Assembly (NCBI GenBank): GCA_002317135.1
Contig: DCIX01000041.1
Location: forward strand, 4,529 to 68,528
Direction of reading: 5' to 3'
DNA length: 64,000 nt
From: Bacteroidales bacterium UBA1715
Lineage (GTDB): Bacteria > Bacteroidota > Bacteroidia > Bacteroidales > UBA1715
Of this stretch, positions 54,657 through 64,000 are shown in pieces (the first letter of the stretch is position 1; each line of letters opens with the position of its first letter). The notes under the pieces were generated by a model, which ran no database searches, was not told the origin of the DNA, and saw only the letters and a list, made by a program, of their open reading frames with translations. The translations under genes and the position numbers were made by a program.

Positions 54657-55484
54657 TCAACTTTCAATCACAACTCTACCAGCAACTACCGATACCATCT
54701 TATCTTTTTGCAACGCATCAATAAGTTCTTGTACAAGGCTCAAATCGTAGCCTATAAACTCTGATATTTCAGAAACGTCCAATGGACCTTTTTGTAACAA
54801 ACAACGCAATACAGCGGCTCTTTTTTGTCTAAACGAGCCTTCAAACTTCGATTGTGTAGTATGCTTTTTCGACATTTTATTGAAATTGCCTTCAGTCTTC
54901 TTCAAATAAGTGCCATAATCCATCAACGCCCAATACCATTGGCGTGGATTTTCGGCATACAATGTCTGTTTGGCTAAATCGTGTAACACCGATTCATCAA
55001 TTTTTTCGGTTTGGTTATGCAAGAAAGTGTAGATAAGAACCGTGCGCACATTTGTTTCCAAAAAGATCAACGGCTGATTAAATGCATATACCAAGATTGA
55101 AGCTGCGGTATTTTCTCCTATTCCCGGGCAAGAGCGAAGAAAGGCTTCGTCGGTTGGAAAACTGCCATTCTCAACTATTTTTTGTGCCGTCTGGTGCAAA
55201 AAACGGGCTCTTCGGTTGTAACCCAATCCCGACCAATGTGCTAAAACTTCCTGGAAATCAGCGTGAGCTAAGTCTTCCAAAATCGGAAACGCTTCGATAA
55301 ATTCAGCAAACTTCTGCATTACGCGTGGCACCTGCGTTTGTTGCAGCATAATTTCCGAAAGTAAAATAAAATAAGGAGTTGTATCGGAACGCCAAGGCAT
55401 TTCACGATACAACTCCTTTCCTTTTGCTAAAACAGTTTGCTGAAATTCAGCTATTTGTTCAGCCGACAACTGAATGTTATTCAT
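54657..55484 (-). CDS. divergent HhH-GPD DNA glycosylase (MutY/Nth-like) with C-terminal winged-helix-like tail
   Basis: LLSEIMLQQTQV and GLGYNRRARFLH, HhH CPGIGENTAASILVYAF. Only two Cys residues, so no 4-Cys Fe-S loop. The position of the usual catalytic Asp reads LETNVRTVL. Confidence 0.7.
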   Translation of the reverse strand: MNNIQLSAEQIAEFQQTVLAKGKELYREMPWRSDTTPYFILLSEIMLQQTQVPRVMQKFAEFIEAFPILEDLAHADFQEVLAHWSGLGYNRRARFLHQTAQKIVENGSFPTDEAFLRSCPGIGENTAASILVYAFNQPLIFLETNVRTVLIYTFLHNQTEKIDESVLHDLAKQTLYAENPRQWYWALMDYGTYLKKTEGNFNKMSKKHTTQSKFEGSFRQKRAAVLRCLLQKGPLDVSEISEFIGYDLSLVQELIDALQKDKMVSVVAGRVVIES

Positions 55485-56460
55485 TATTGCCGGATTGTTT
55501 CTTCTTGCTAATTATAATAGATGCAATAATGCCAACAGTAAGAATTACTGCTATTACAAGCAAAGATATTCCGATTGGAATGTGTACAACTTCCATCAAC
55601 AACATCTTTACAGCAATGAAAAGTAATAACACTACCAAACTATATTTAATGTACTCAAATTTCGACATTGCCGAAGCAAGAACAAAATACAACGAGCGTA
55701 ATCCTAATATTGCACAAATATTCGATGTAAAGACAATAAAAGGATCCGTTGTGATTGAAAATATTGCAGGAATAGAATCAACGGCAAACAAAACATCGGT
55801 AGTTTCAATTACAACCAAAACGACAAGCAAAGGCGTTACCGCCTTTACGCCGTTTGGTAATTTTGTAAAGAAATTTCCTCCATCAAGTTCAGAACTTACT
55901 GGATAGAATTTACGTATCATTCGAATAAAAAAGTTCTTGTCCGCATCGAATTCGTCGTCTTTTCCAAACAACATTTTTAACGCAGAAACAAGCAACAATG
56001 CACCGAACACATACATAATCCAAGAGAAACGGTTTACCAAAGCTGCTCCTAACACTATCATAATGCCACGGAAAACCAAGGCTCCAAGTATTCCCCAGAA
56101 CAACACTTCGTGTTGATATTTTGCTGGAATCTTGAAATAGGCAAACAACATAGCCATAACAAATATATTGTCGAGACTAAGCGCTTTCTCAATCAAATAA
56201 CCAGTAAGGAATTTTAATCCTGCATCAGCACCATCTTTAATAGCTGCATCCGGACTTTCTGACAACAAGTTACAGAAATCAGCATCGTAGGCAAAATAAA
56301 GAACTACATTGAACGCCAACGAGCATCCAATCCATAAACAAGTCATTTTTAATGCTTCCGACATAGAGATTTCGTGTTTTTCCCTATTAAAAACACCTAA
56401 ATCTAGTGCCAAAAGCACAAAAACAAAAATCAAAAACAGTATCCAGACTAGATAGTGCAT
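55477..56460 (-). CDS. TerC/Alx-family integral membrane protein
   Basis: 327 aa, multi-pass. YLIEKALSLDNIFVMAMLF and DSIPAIFSITTDPFIVFTSN are TerC signatures. Confidence 0.85.
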   Translation of the reverse strand: MHYLVWILFLIFVFVLLALDLGVFNREKHEISMSEALKMTCLWIGCSLAFNVVLYFAYDADFCNLLSESPDAAIKDGADAGLKFLTGYLIEKALSLDNIFVMAMLFAYFKIPAKYQHEVLFWGILGALVFRGIMIVLGAALVNRFSWIMYVFGALLLVSALKMLFGKDDEFDADKNFFIRMIRKFYPVSSELDGGNFFTKLPNGVKAVTPLLVVLVVIETTDVLFAVDSIPAIFSITTDPFIVFTSNICAILGLRSLYFVLASAMSKFEYIKYSLVVLLLFIAVKMLLMEVVHIPIGISLLVIAVILTVGIIASIIISKKKQSGNNE

Positions 56461-56470
56461 ATAGTATTAA

Positions 56471-56968
56471 TTAAAATTTGTAACGAGCTGATAATGTTGG
56501 CCACAAAGCGTGCAAAAGAACATCACCGTTCAAAGAAACGCCATCACCAAAATAAGGACCTACAACTGGACGGAAGTCAGCAGAAAGTTGTAGTGGGAAC
56601 CAGAATGTATATTCCAAACCTACCATACCTGCAACACCTACAAATACGCCAAGTTCATCTCTATCTTTTTCAACATTGTAACGATTCCAATCAATACCAG
56701 CAGCACCACCAACACCAAGGTACCAGTTCCATTCACCTTTTGGAGACCAATCTGGAGAAGCGATAATCCAGTTATAAACAGCAGAAACTTGAGTTCCTTT
56801 TAAGTTATTCCATACACCAGCATCAAATTCCCAGAAGTTAGAAGAACCAGCTTCACGTTGGTAAGAAACTTCTAAAATGTTTGAAAGACGAGCACCAATA
56901 GCTCTGTGTTGTGCCATAGCACCCATTGTAAACATGCTTAATAATGCAACTACTAATAATTTTTTCAT
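56471..56968 (-). CDS. small outer-membrane beta-barrel protein
   Basis: The start is re-set to MKKLLVVALLSMFTMGAMAQ (ATG at 56968). C-terminal SARYKF. Confidence 0.6.
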   Translation of the reverse strand: MKKLLVVALLSMFTMGAMAQHRAIGARLSNILEVSYQREAGSSNFWEFDAGVWNNLKGTQVSAVYNWIIASPDWSPKGEWNWYLGVGGAAGIDWNRYNVEKDRDELGVFVGVAGMVGLEYTFWFPLQLSADFRPVVGPYFGDGVSLNGDVLLHALWPTLSARYKF

Positions 56969-56999
56969 TTTTTTATAAAATTTAATAATTAATGATTTA

Positions 57000-58517
57000 C
57001 TATTTCGAATAAGGAACAACCCCTTTGTTCTTGTTTTTCTTATCGTCTAACAATGAAGCACCACGATTACTCTTATCGTCACGGCTTCCGTTCTTTTGAA
57101 CGCATCCTAATACAATATTGCATCCCATACGCATACTTACCGAACGAGCACCGGCAGGGAACAACAACGCACCAATCAAGTTATCGGAAACAAAATACCA
57201 TTGGAATGGTCCAGGATGTACGGTAAATCCAACACCAATGTTATTGTAGTTTCCATTTATGAATGAATAACTCAATGTCGCCGCAGTAAATTTGAACGGT
57301 TTAAAGTTCGCAGTAACCGTAGCAGACGAGCGTACTTTATTAGGCAAAATCTCGAACTTACCCAACAAACCTAACGACAAGCGTTTTGTTGCTCTATAAC
57401 GAACTCCGGCATATATTTTCGTTGGCAGTTTTGTTGTGTATGCACCTTCTTTATAATTGATTTCCTTAAAATTAGCCACAATTGAATCTAAATCAATTGT
57501 TTCGGCAAAATCATTGAACTGCAAATTATAAATGTTCACACCTTCAAAGCGCATAGAATCTTCGTCGTACAAGGCAAATTGACTTGCATTTGTTTTCCAA
57601 CGAATCATACCCAAATCTTCAACACTTGCAAAAGCTGCCAAAGAACTTGTAATATCTTTTGTAAAACCGAAATCAAATGCAGCACCATAATTACCTGTCA
57701 TCAAGGCATAATCTTTCACAATTGTACCAACCGATTCTTCACTAAAATCAGTGAAATTCATTTCATCTACATAGCCATCATCATTAAGCGTAACTTCCAA
57801 AGGAAGGTTTGTATTTATGGTATATTCAGACTTTATATTAATGTAGTTTGTCCGTTCTTGCGTATTTAACTCTATCTTCGACGAAGTTGTTGCCAAGTTA
57901 GCCACACCAACAAGCAATTTCGCACGGAAACCAGCAGCGAATGTCTTTGTAACTTGACTCGCAAATCCTAACGACAATTGATGGAAATACGTTACATTCA
58001 CGCCAAGTCCTGTAAAATCAGCATTACGAACTGCATCGTTACCTTTAGCCGCAAATTCAAACAACGACTTAGGCATACCAACATCGGAAATCATTCGTTC
58101 CGACAAGTCAAAAGATAAGAAAGACTTCTTCCCTAGTTTGAAACCGAAGTTCAACAAATCCATCTGTAAATCAAGCGATGTATAGTTGACCTTACGCAAT
58201 TTTTTTAAGAAATCGTCGATGTTTGCCGTTGGATGCAATGGCGTAATCAAAGAATCCTTGTACGCACCTTCACCATGGAAAATAACATCGCTATAATCAA
58301 CAGGAAGATTTACGGCAACCGTCATAGATGGTGGCAATTGACCAAACAAAGGAATAATAAGACCTCCAATGTAGAACTTGCAGTTTGGAAATTGCGATGG
58401 ATTTATGAAAGATGATTGAGGAACACGTTCCATCAAATACATCGTATTGTCGATTTGGGCAAATGTTGCGTCAAACAACAACAAAGAAAGCAATATGGTA
58501 AGTAATTTTTTCTTCAT
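57000..58517 (-). CDS. outer-membrane protein of unknown function (PorP/SprF- or DUF5723-like N-terminus)
   Basis: Signal peptide MKKKLLTILLSLLLFDATFAQ, then MYLMERVPQSSFINPS, reminiscent of PorP/SprF N-termini. Beta-rich. Confidence 0.55.
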   Translation of the reverse strand: MKKKLLTILLSLLLFDATFAQIDNTMYLMERVPQSSFINPSQFPNCKFYIGGLIIPLFGQLPPSMTVAVNLPVDYSDVIFHGEGAYKDSLITPLHPTANIDDFLKKLRKVNYTSLDLQMDLLNFGFKLGKKSFLSFDLSERMISDVGMPKSLFEFAAKGNDAVRNADFTGLGVNVTYFHQLSLGFASQVTKTFAAGFRAKLLVGVANLATTSSKIELNTQERTNYINIKSEYTINTNLPLEVTLNDDGYVDEMNFTDFSEESVGTIVKDYALMTGNYGAAFDFGFTKDITSSLAAFASVEDLGMIRWKTNASQFALYDEDSMRFEGVNIYNLQFNDFAETIDLDSIVANFKEINYKEGAYTTKLPTKIYAGVRYRATKRLSLGLLGKFEILPNKVRSSATVTANFKPFKFTAATLSYSFINGNYNNIGVGFTVHPGPFQWYFVSDNLIGALLFPAGARSVSMRMGCNIVLGCVQKNGSRDDKSNRGASLLDDKKNKNKGVVPYSK

Positions 58518-58519
58518 AG

Positions 58520-60769
58520 TTATTTGCTAGTATAAATAAATTTACAATCAGCCGCCAAATTTAATTTGAGGCCATAATATGAATAGAAAATAACTGGCAC
58601 ATCGCCATTCTTATCTGTTTCCAATAGAATTTCTACTAGTAATTTATTGGCTTGCTTAAAGTTATCCAACATAGGATTACCTTTTTCCAATGTTATTTCT
58701 TCTTCAGATGTTCTCTTTGCATCGCGAGCGACTTTACCATTTGTTGTTGGAGCAGATTCCAATACTACCATATCGAGCGTTCCCAAATATTGTTTATCTG
58801 CCGCCAATGTCGTATCCATCAACGAAAGTTTCATTGTGGCACTAACCGGAAGTTGATGTTCCGTATTGATATACAAACGAACTCGCTCAATAGCCGACAA
58901 ATCACCTAAATCAGACATATCCAACGGAACTTCTTGTTGAATAACAAGATTCTTGGCAGACATATTTAATGGCAACTCAATTTCTACACCCAAGCGAGCA
59001 CTACCTTTATTGGAGATGCAGTTAAAAATTGGTTCGCCATAAGGAATATCGGCATTCACATGGAATGTTCCCGCATAATTAATCTTGCTTGGCAACATAT
59101 TGATAAAATCAACAATGTTCGAAGTGTTTTTGTTTATATTATATTGATTCTTACGAGCATATCCGTTAGAAACCGAGTCGCAAGTTGGACGATGAACTGT
59201 CCATAAATTCGCATAACCAGCAAAAGCATCTATCGCATTACCTTTATCGTCCTTACCAACGATATTTAATTCCAAATTTCCACCAATTCCCACCGGATTT
59301 TCGAAATTGATACGGATTTTAGGATCATAAAATTTCAAATCGCCAGTAACATAGTCAGACACAAATTCTTTTAAGTCAAAATCCAACTCTTCGTTGAATA
59401 AATCTTGGTCGAATCGTGCCAAATCACCTTCGGCGTATGCAAACACAATGCTATCAGGGTTAGTAATTTCCACCTTTATATATTGTTCTGGACCGAAATA
59501 CAACATTCCACCAGTAGTATTTACCTTATATCCTACCTTAATAGGAATTGAATTATATGCTTGATTAGGATTTTGTGTCAAATCAATATTGTTGTTATCC
59601 AAATACCAATCATCGGAATATGTTGGATGTTCGTTTGTCATTTTTGCATGTTTACGAATAGGAGTTTTTCCTAGTGAATCAACCGAAGGAAATTCTACGA
59701 TAAATTCAGTAGCCAAACCAATTGTAGAAGTTATATCGTAATGGAAACGGCCTTTTTCAACCAATACACGATATAATTTTCGGTCTAAGTCCTCGTCACG
59801 CATTGTCATGTATGTAATAGTATCCATACTTAACTCTTGCACTGGCACATAAGCTTTACCAGCGTATGCAACCAAATTCTTCATATCAATATTCAAAAGA
59901 ATACCCATATTATCAAAATCTGTCACTACACTCGAAGCTTGAGCAATGCGAAGATTTTTGAAACTAAAATAGAATTCGCTATTTAAATATGAGGAATCAA
60001 TGTCGTTATAGATTCGTTTTTGTGGTCCACCTTGCGAAATCCAGCTTGGGTAGTTCGAGTAATCGAAAGTGGCAAATTCCACATATTCACCTTTGTCATT
60101 GTAAGAACCAATCACAACATCGCAATAGAAATTGAAACCACAGGAATTCGTACAAGACAATGTTATGGAACCTGATTTAAGCACGATGAACTCAAACACA
60201 TCCTTTACATTTATTTCCTTGCCAAAGTTTGCAATAATATAATCTTTTACTGCATCAGGAATCATACCGCCAACAGGATATCTATGTTCTGTTGTTGCTG
60301 AATGTTCAGCCATAGTTACAAGCGGACCTGCAGCAATATATTCATCGTACACACTGCTACTAAAATTATCCTTAATCAAATCATTTATAGACACATAGCC
60401 AATTGGGAACGACACATCCGAAATTTCTACAGGATCAAGTGTCAAAGTTGTATCGTATGGTTCTACCAAAGGCAAATGCATAACATCAATTAAGCGAGCA
60501 GTATCCATAATGTAATTAAATTGGATAACCTTATCATCGCTATTTGAGCCATATCCCAAAGTCGATTCGCTCACATGCTCAAGCGTATCCTTGCGTTCTT
60601 TAGCTATATTTACCAAAGTTAAATCAGCCTTTGCAATAGGCAAAGCAAGCGAAGGATTCCATTCGATTTCGTCAGAGAATTTCTCTTTCAAATCAAAATT
60701 ATCCTTAACACACGATGACAACGCAACGCCAATTATAGCCACAAAAAGTACTTGTATATATCTCTTCAT
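58520..60769 (-). CDS. large lipoprotein, unknown function
   Basis: Lipobox-like MKRYIQVLFVAIIGVALSSC. 749 aa. Confidence 0.55.
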   Translation of the reverse strand: MKRYIQVLFVAIIGVALSSCVKDNFDLKEKFSDEIEWNPSLALPIAKADLTLVNIAKERKDTLEHVSESTLGYGSNSDDKVIQFNYIMDTARLIDVMHLPLVEPYDTTLTLDPVEISDVSFPIGYVSINDLIKDNFSSSVYDEYIAAGPLVTMAEHSATTEHRYPVGGMIPDAVKDYIIANFGKEINVKDVFEFIVLKSGSITLSCTNSCGFNFYCDVVIGSYNDKGEYVEFATFDYSNYPSWISQGGPQKRIYNDIDSSYLNSEFYFSFKNLRIAQASSVVTDFDNMGILLNIDMKNLVAYAGKAYVPVQELSMDTITYMTMRDEDLDRKLYRVLVEKGRFHYDITSTIGLATEFIVEFPSVDSLGKTPIRKHAKMTNEHPTYSDDWYLDNNNIDLTQNPNQAYNSIPIKVGYKVNTTGGMLYFGPEQYIKVEITNPDSIVFAYAEGDLARFDQDLFNEELDFDLKEFVSDYVTGDLKFYDPKIRINFENPVGIGGNLELNIVGKDDKGNAIDAFAGYANLWTVHRPTCDSVSNGYARKNQYNINKNTSNIVDFINMLPSKINYAGTFHVNADIPYGEPIFNCISNKGSARLGVEIELPLNMSAKNLVIQQEVPLDMSDLGDLSAIERVRLYINTEHQLPVSATMKLSLMDTTLAADKQYLGTLDMVVLESAPTTNGKVARDAKRTSEEEITLEKGNPMLDNFKQANKLLVEILLETDKNGDVPVIFYSYYGLKLNLAADCKFIYTSK

Positions 60770-60778
60770 GTTCTATTT

Positions 60779-63514
60779 TTATTTTACGGTGTAATAATAC
60801 AACATTTTTTGTTCCCCACCAACCACAACATCAAAACTGTTAGTTGAACCATCTCCTACTCCTATGTCAAAATTCGACTGTCCCTCCATTGGGAAGCCTT
60901 TTTCCATAGAACCATTTGATTTGAGAACATACATTTTATTTTTTTCATCCAACAAGCAGATGTATTTTTTCTCACCAACAGTCTTCACACGCAACGATGT
61001 AATGATATTTGAAGCGGAATACGAGAACATTTTCTTACCAGATTGCTGATATACAACCAATTTACTTTCGTCTGCGAACAAGTAATCAAGATTACCATCG
61101 TCGTCTATATCTTCTGCTATAAAGATATGATGTTCAGATCGTTTGCCAAATTCATCAATAGATTTCACTGTCCCATCAAGATAGATTTCCTTTACAATTC
61201 CGTCAACATCTGTCGTCACAAATCTCGACAAAGTTGCATCGGCACCTTGGTCAAACACCATTGCAGAATGGTGACCGCGCTCAATAATTTCGGATACAGA
61301 AACACGCTCCTCACCTTTTCTGTTTACTATATATATATGGTATCTATCACTATAAACTATATAATCCATTCCTTCGGAAGCTGCATGAACCAATTCATTA
61401 CGAACAACGCCTTCGGCCTTTGCATTCCATTGCAAAGAACTACACAAACCATTTTCAAGCGAATACAAGCGTATAGTAGAATCAGCACAAGGAACAGCAA
61501 TTCTATACTTTTTATTCTTATCGTAATCAAACACAGCAATATCTGCCGTAGCCGGAGCATCCAAAGTAATCGGGAAATTTAAAGGTTTCTCACCGTTTAC
61601 ATAATATAAATAGATACTTTTCGCCGTATTAAACAAATACTGTTGTTTATGATTCTTCATAATATCAACCGGATGAATATCGCCAATTATTGGACCATCC
61701 AATTGTGCAGACCAAAGTACACGATTTTCTTTCTTATTGTTTTGAATCATATAGATACGATACGATTCATCCTGAACAAGCGTCACAAATTCACTTCGAT
61801 GAGTAACAAACATAGATGGTTTTCCAATTACCAAAGAATCTAACGGAAAGCACCACGAGAATGTTGGTTTATTGCTTTTTGTTTTTTCAAACGAACATAA
61901 GAAATCTGAATAATATTGACTATCGGAATCAGCAATCAATTGGAATGACACTGAATTCATTGCCTGCAAAGTATCTGAGCAAGCATCTATCACAGAATTC
62001 ACAGCCGAACCAAAGAAATCTTTAACAACATCGATAGCCTGAGGCATATATATATATGCATACAACGAATAACTTGATTTCACCTTATCGTTGAAATCCC
62101 TGAAATTATCGTTCTTAGTCAACACTTGATCTTTGTCCTTATCGATAATGAATGTAGTCAAAGCCATTTCCGAGTTTGCAAAAACAATATAGGAATCTAC
62201 CACAGCAGCATAGGTTCCAGAAACACGATAGAACAAGTTTCCGAATAACTTTTGAGGAATATTCGACAATGTATCTACCAAAGTAAAGATGCGATACTCA
62301 TTACCCATTGTCGATTGAAATGCGGAACTAGTCCCTACTCTTTCCTGCAACAAAGCTTCGGCATCGCTTGCAGAAGAAACCTTACAAATAGCATAGGCAT
62401 TTTCATACTTATTGCTGCCAACATAGGCAGGCGTCATCGCAAATGCTAACTCACTATCTATCAATTTATAAAACGATTTCACGAACGACTCATTCAAATC
62501 GCGAATAGTATTTTCGTAGTTTTTATAGTAGTTATTCTTCTGTAGATACAATTTATAATTATCAAGAAAAAGTTCCTTGTTGCTTATGTGAACCGAAACA
62601 AAATACGACGTCGTGTACGGCAACACTGACAAAATTTCCCCCTTTTTTGCAGATTGTCCAGAAAATAAATGCAAGTAATCTTTTTCTGTTTCAAGACTAT
62701 CAAGTGTTATAAGCCCATTTGCACGTATATTTTTTTCGGATGTAGCAATATCAAGAACAGACCAATTGGCAATTTGTGGAAATTTCGAAATCCTAGCCTT
62801 AAAGTCATTCGATGCATACAATTGAAATACTTCCGCCAATTTATTGTAATTCATAAATATACGAGCAGAAATACGAGATTGATTTGGTTTAATTTTCTCA
62901 AAATTATGATCGTTTTTCAAACTATTACCGTCCTTGTAACAACGAATAGAAGCCTCAACCGAAACCTTTGATTCGCCTAAAATCAACAAACCATCGCATA
63001 CGGCAAATGCCAAACTTCTTCTTACTGTAGATGAATCGTCATACACATAGACCGTTTCTTCCTTATATTCATATTCCGAAGCATTAGAAATATGGAAAGC
63101 CTTCTCAACAACACCTTTCACTAAATTCGCTTTCAAATGTTCTTTAGAAGAAAGAATAAAGACAAAATCTAATTTATTAATTCCCAGCTTATTAACAACA
63201 AAGAACAACTCATTTTTACGAAATTCAACAAAGCGTTCGTCATTTCGCAATACAGAATCAATATTGTAAATAAAGTGACGGCATTGCTCAATCATTTCTA
63301 GCTTGGAAAATCTGTCCCAAAAATCTATATCAGACCCCAAAACATCGGCAGCATTGCCAATATTTTTTATCTGAACAACCAAGGCAACATCAGAAGGAAT
63401 AGCACCAACGGCATCAATTTCCTCCTTGGGACCACTTTTAACGAAAATTACAGTTAGTATAGAAATGCCTAACAGACAAGCAATTACTATAGACCAAATC
63501 AATTTCCGTTGCAT
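60779..63514 (-). CDS. large N-terminally anchored protein with repeat/propeller-like C-terminal half, unknown function
   Basis: The start is re-set to MQRKLIWSIVIACLLGISILTVIFV (ATG at 63514). The ORF-track start at 63643 adds 43 residues of non-signal sequence. The C-terminal part carries DDDGNLDY-type FG-GAP-like motifs. Confidence 0.55.
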   Translation of the reverse strand: MQRKLIWSIVIACLLGISILTVIFVKSGPKEEIDAVGAIPSDVALVVQIKNIGNAADVLGSDIDFWDRFSKLEMIEQCRHFIYNIDSVLRNDERFVEFRKNELFFVVNKLGINKLDFVFILSSKEHLKANLVKGVVEKAFHISNASEYEYKEETVYVYDDSSTVRRSLAFAVCDGLLILGESKVSVEASIRCYKDGNSLKNDHNFEKIKPNQSRISARIFMNYNKLAEVFQLYASNDFKARISKFPQIANWSVLDIATSEKNIRANGLITLDSLETEKDYLHLFSGQSAKKGEILSVLPYTTSYFVSVHISNKELFLDNYKLYLQKNNYYKNYENTIRDLNESFVKSFYKLIDSELAFAMTPAYVGSNKYENAYAICKVSSASDAEALLQERVGTSSAFQSTMGNEYRIFTLVDTLSNIPQKLFGNLFYRVSGTYAAVVDSYIVFANSEMALTTFIIDKDKDQVLTKNDNFRDFNDKVKSSYSLYAYIYMPQAIDVVKDFFGSAVNSVIDACSDTLQAMNSVSFQLIADSDSQYYSDFLCSFEKTKSNKPTFSWCFPLDSLVIGKPSMFVTHRSEFVTLVQDESYRIYMIQNNKKENRVLWSAQLDGPIIGDIHPVDIMKNHKQQYLFNTAKSIYLYYVNGEKPLNFPITLDAPATADIAVFDYDKNKKYRIAVPCADSTIRLYSLENGLCSSLQWNAKAEGVVRNELVHAASEGMDYIVYSDRYHIYIVNRKGEERVSVSEIIERGHHSAMVFDQGADATLSRFVTTDVDGIVKEIYLDGTVKSIDEFGKRSEHHIFIAEDIDDDGNLDYLFADESKLVVYQQSGKKMFSYSASNIITSLRVKTVGEKKYICLLDEKNKMYVLKSNGSMEKGFPMEGQSNFDIGVGDGSTNSFDVVVGGEQKMLYYYTVK

Positions 63515-63703
63515 ACATTCAAATTTTGCCAAAGATAACAAATCATTATTATTAAGAAAAGATATTCTAGAAAATTCGAAATTTCTTAACAGGTATGTTA
63601 CTTTTCTGTATAAAATTTGACTATTTACGAAATGGAAGTACATAATCTCGAAGTTTTTTCAAAGAAAACCACCACAACCTTTTGTAAATAGAGAAATTAG
63701 AAT

Positions 63704-63711
63704 ATCTTTGC
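63704..63711 (+). promoter_or_regulatory. candidate -7 box TAtcTTTG for rpsP
   Basis: tatctttg lies 34 nt upstream of the ATG at 63745. Confidence 0.4.
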
Positions 63712-63744
63712 AGCGAATTATTAACAATTTTAAAAACAAATACA

Positions 63745-64000
63745 ATGGCTGTAAAGATTAGATTATCAAGACACGGTCGAAAGGCGAGTCCTTTCTATCA
63801 CATTGTAGCTGCTGATAGCAGACGCTCACGTGATGGCAAATTTATCGAGAAAATCGGTACGTACAATCCAACTACAAATCCTGCAACTGTAGAATTGAAA
63901 TTCGACAGAGCATTATATTGGTTGGAAGTTGGTGCAGAAACTACTGATACTGCACGTTCAATCTTGCAAAAAGAAGGTGTTCTTTACATGAAACACTTAA
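63745..64000 (+). CDS. rpsP: 30S ribosomal protein S16 (3' end beyond window)
   Basis: Hand translation gives [85 protein letters not shown]. Confidence 0.93.
   Translation, partial: MAVKIRLSRHGRKASPFYHIVAADSRRSRDGKFIEKIGTYNPTTNPATVELKFDRALYWLEVGAETTDTARSILQKEGVLYMKHL

Noticed and set aside
56461-56470. Expected a yybP-ykoY (Mn) riboswitch upstream of the TerC-family gene
   Set aside because: Only 10 bp separate the TerC start from the upstream gene stop, so there is no room for a riboswitch.

Overview
This 64-kb window looks like a Bacteroidota chromosome. The evidence is T9SS C-terminal sorting domains, TAnnTTTG -7 promoter boxes, SecA, S16 and many signal-peptide envelope proteins. All calls rest on hand inspection and remembered family motifs; no database search or folding was run. 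Most of the window is housekeeping: xseB, nadC, glmM, a YebC-family gene, purT, secA, rpsP, a PbpC plus alpha-2-macroglobulin pair, an S41 protease and a metal-efflux module. Two accessory blocks stand out. (1) 5.2-16.2 kb, next to a tRNA-Gly gene, holds a type I R-M system arranged Fic, hsdM, hsdS, caspase-fold protease, REP/RAYT cluster, hsdR, all on the minus strand. The intact C14 protease with an unrecognisable C-terminal half occupies the slot that the anticodon nuclease PrrC holds in the E. coli prr locus, and it is my top candidate for an undescribed R-M-coupled defence module. The Fic gene is bracketed by two copies of a 43-bp element containing a 14-bp-arm palindrome. A 28-bp perfect palindrome (GTAGAGACGGTGTGCACACCGTCTCTAC) occurs 12 times in the window, 11 of them in this block. 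It is associated with a REP-associated tyrosine transposase (RAYT). It sits in frame inside hsdR, hsdS and twice inside the RAYT gene, and it also supplies the RAYT stop codon. (2) 47.3-54.6 kb holds a second type I R-M operon, hsdR, hsdM, DUF1016 nuclease, half-size hsdS, KAP-family P-loop NTPase. Smaller items include a GC-enriched structured non-coding insert splitting the pbpC-A2M pair, duplicated palindromic motifs upstream of an AAA ATPase, a possible minus-strand sRNA, an unannotated 52-aa zinc-ribbon ORF, and a four-gene envelope operon of unknown function.
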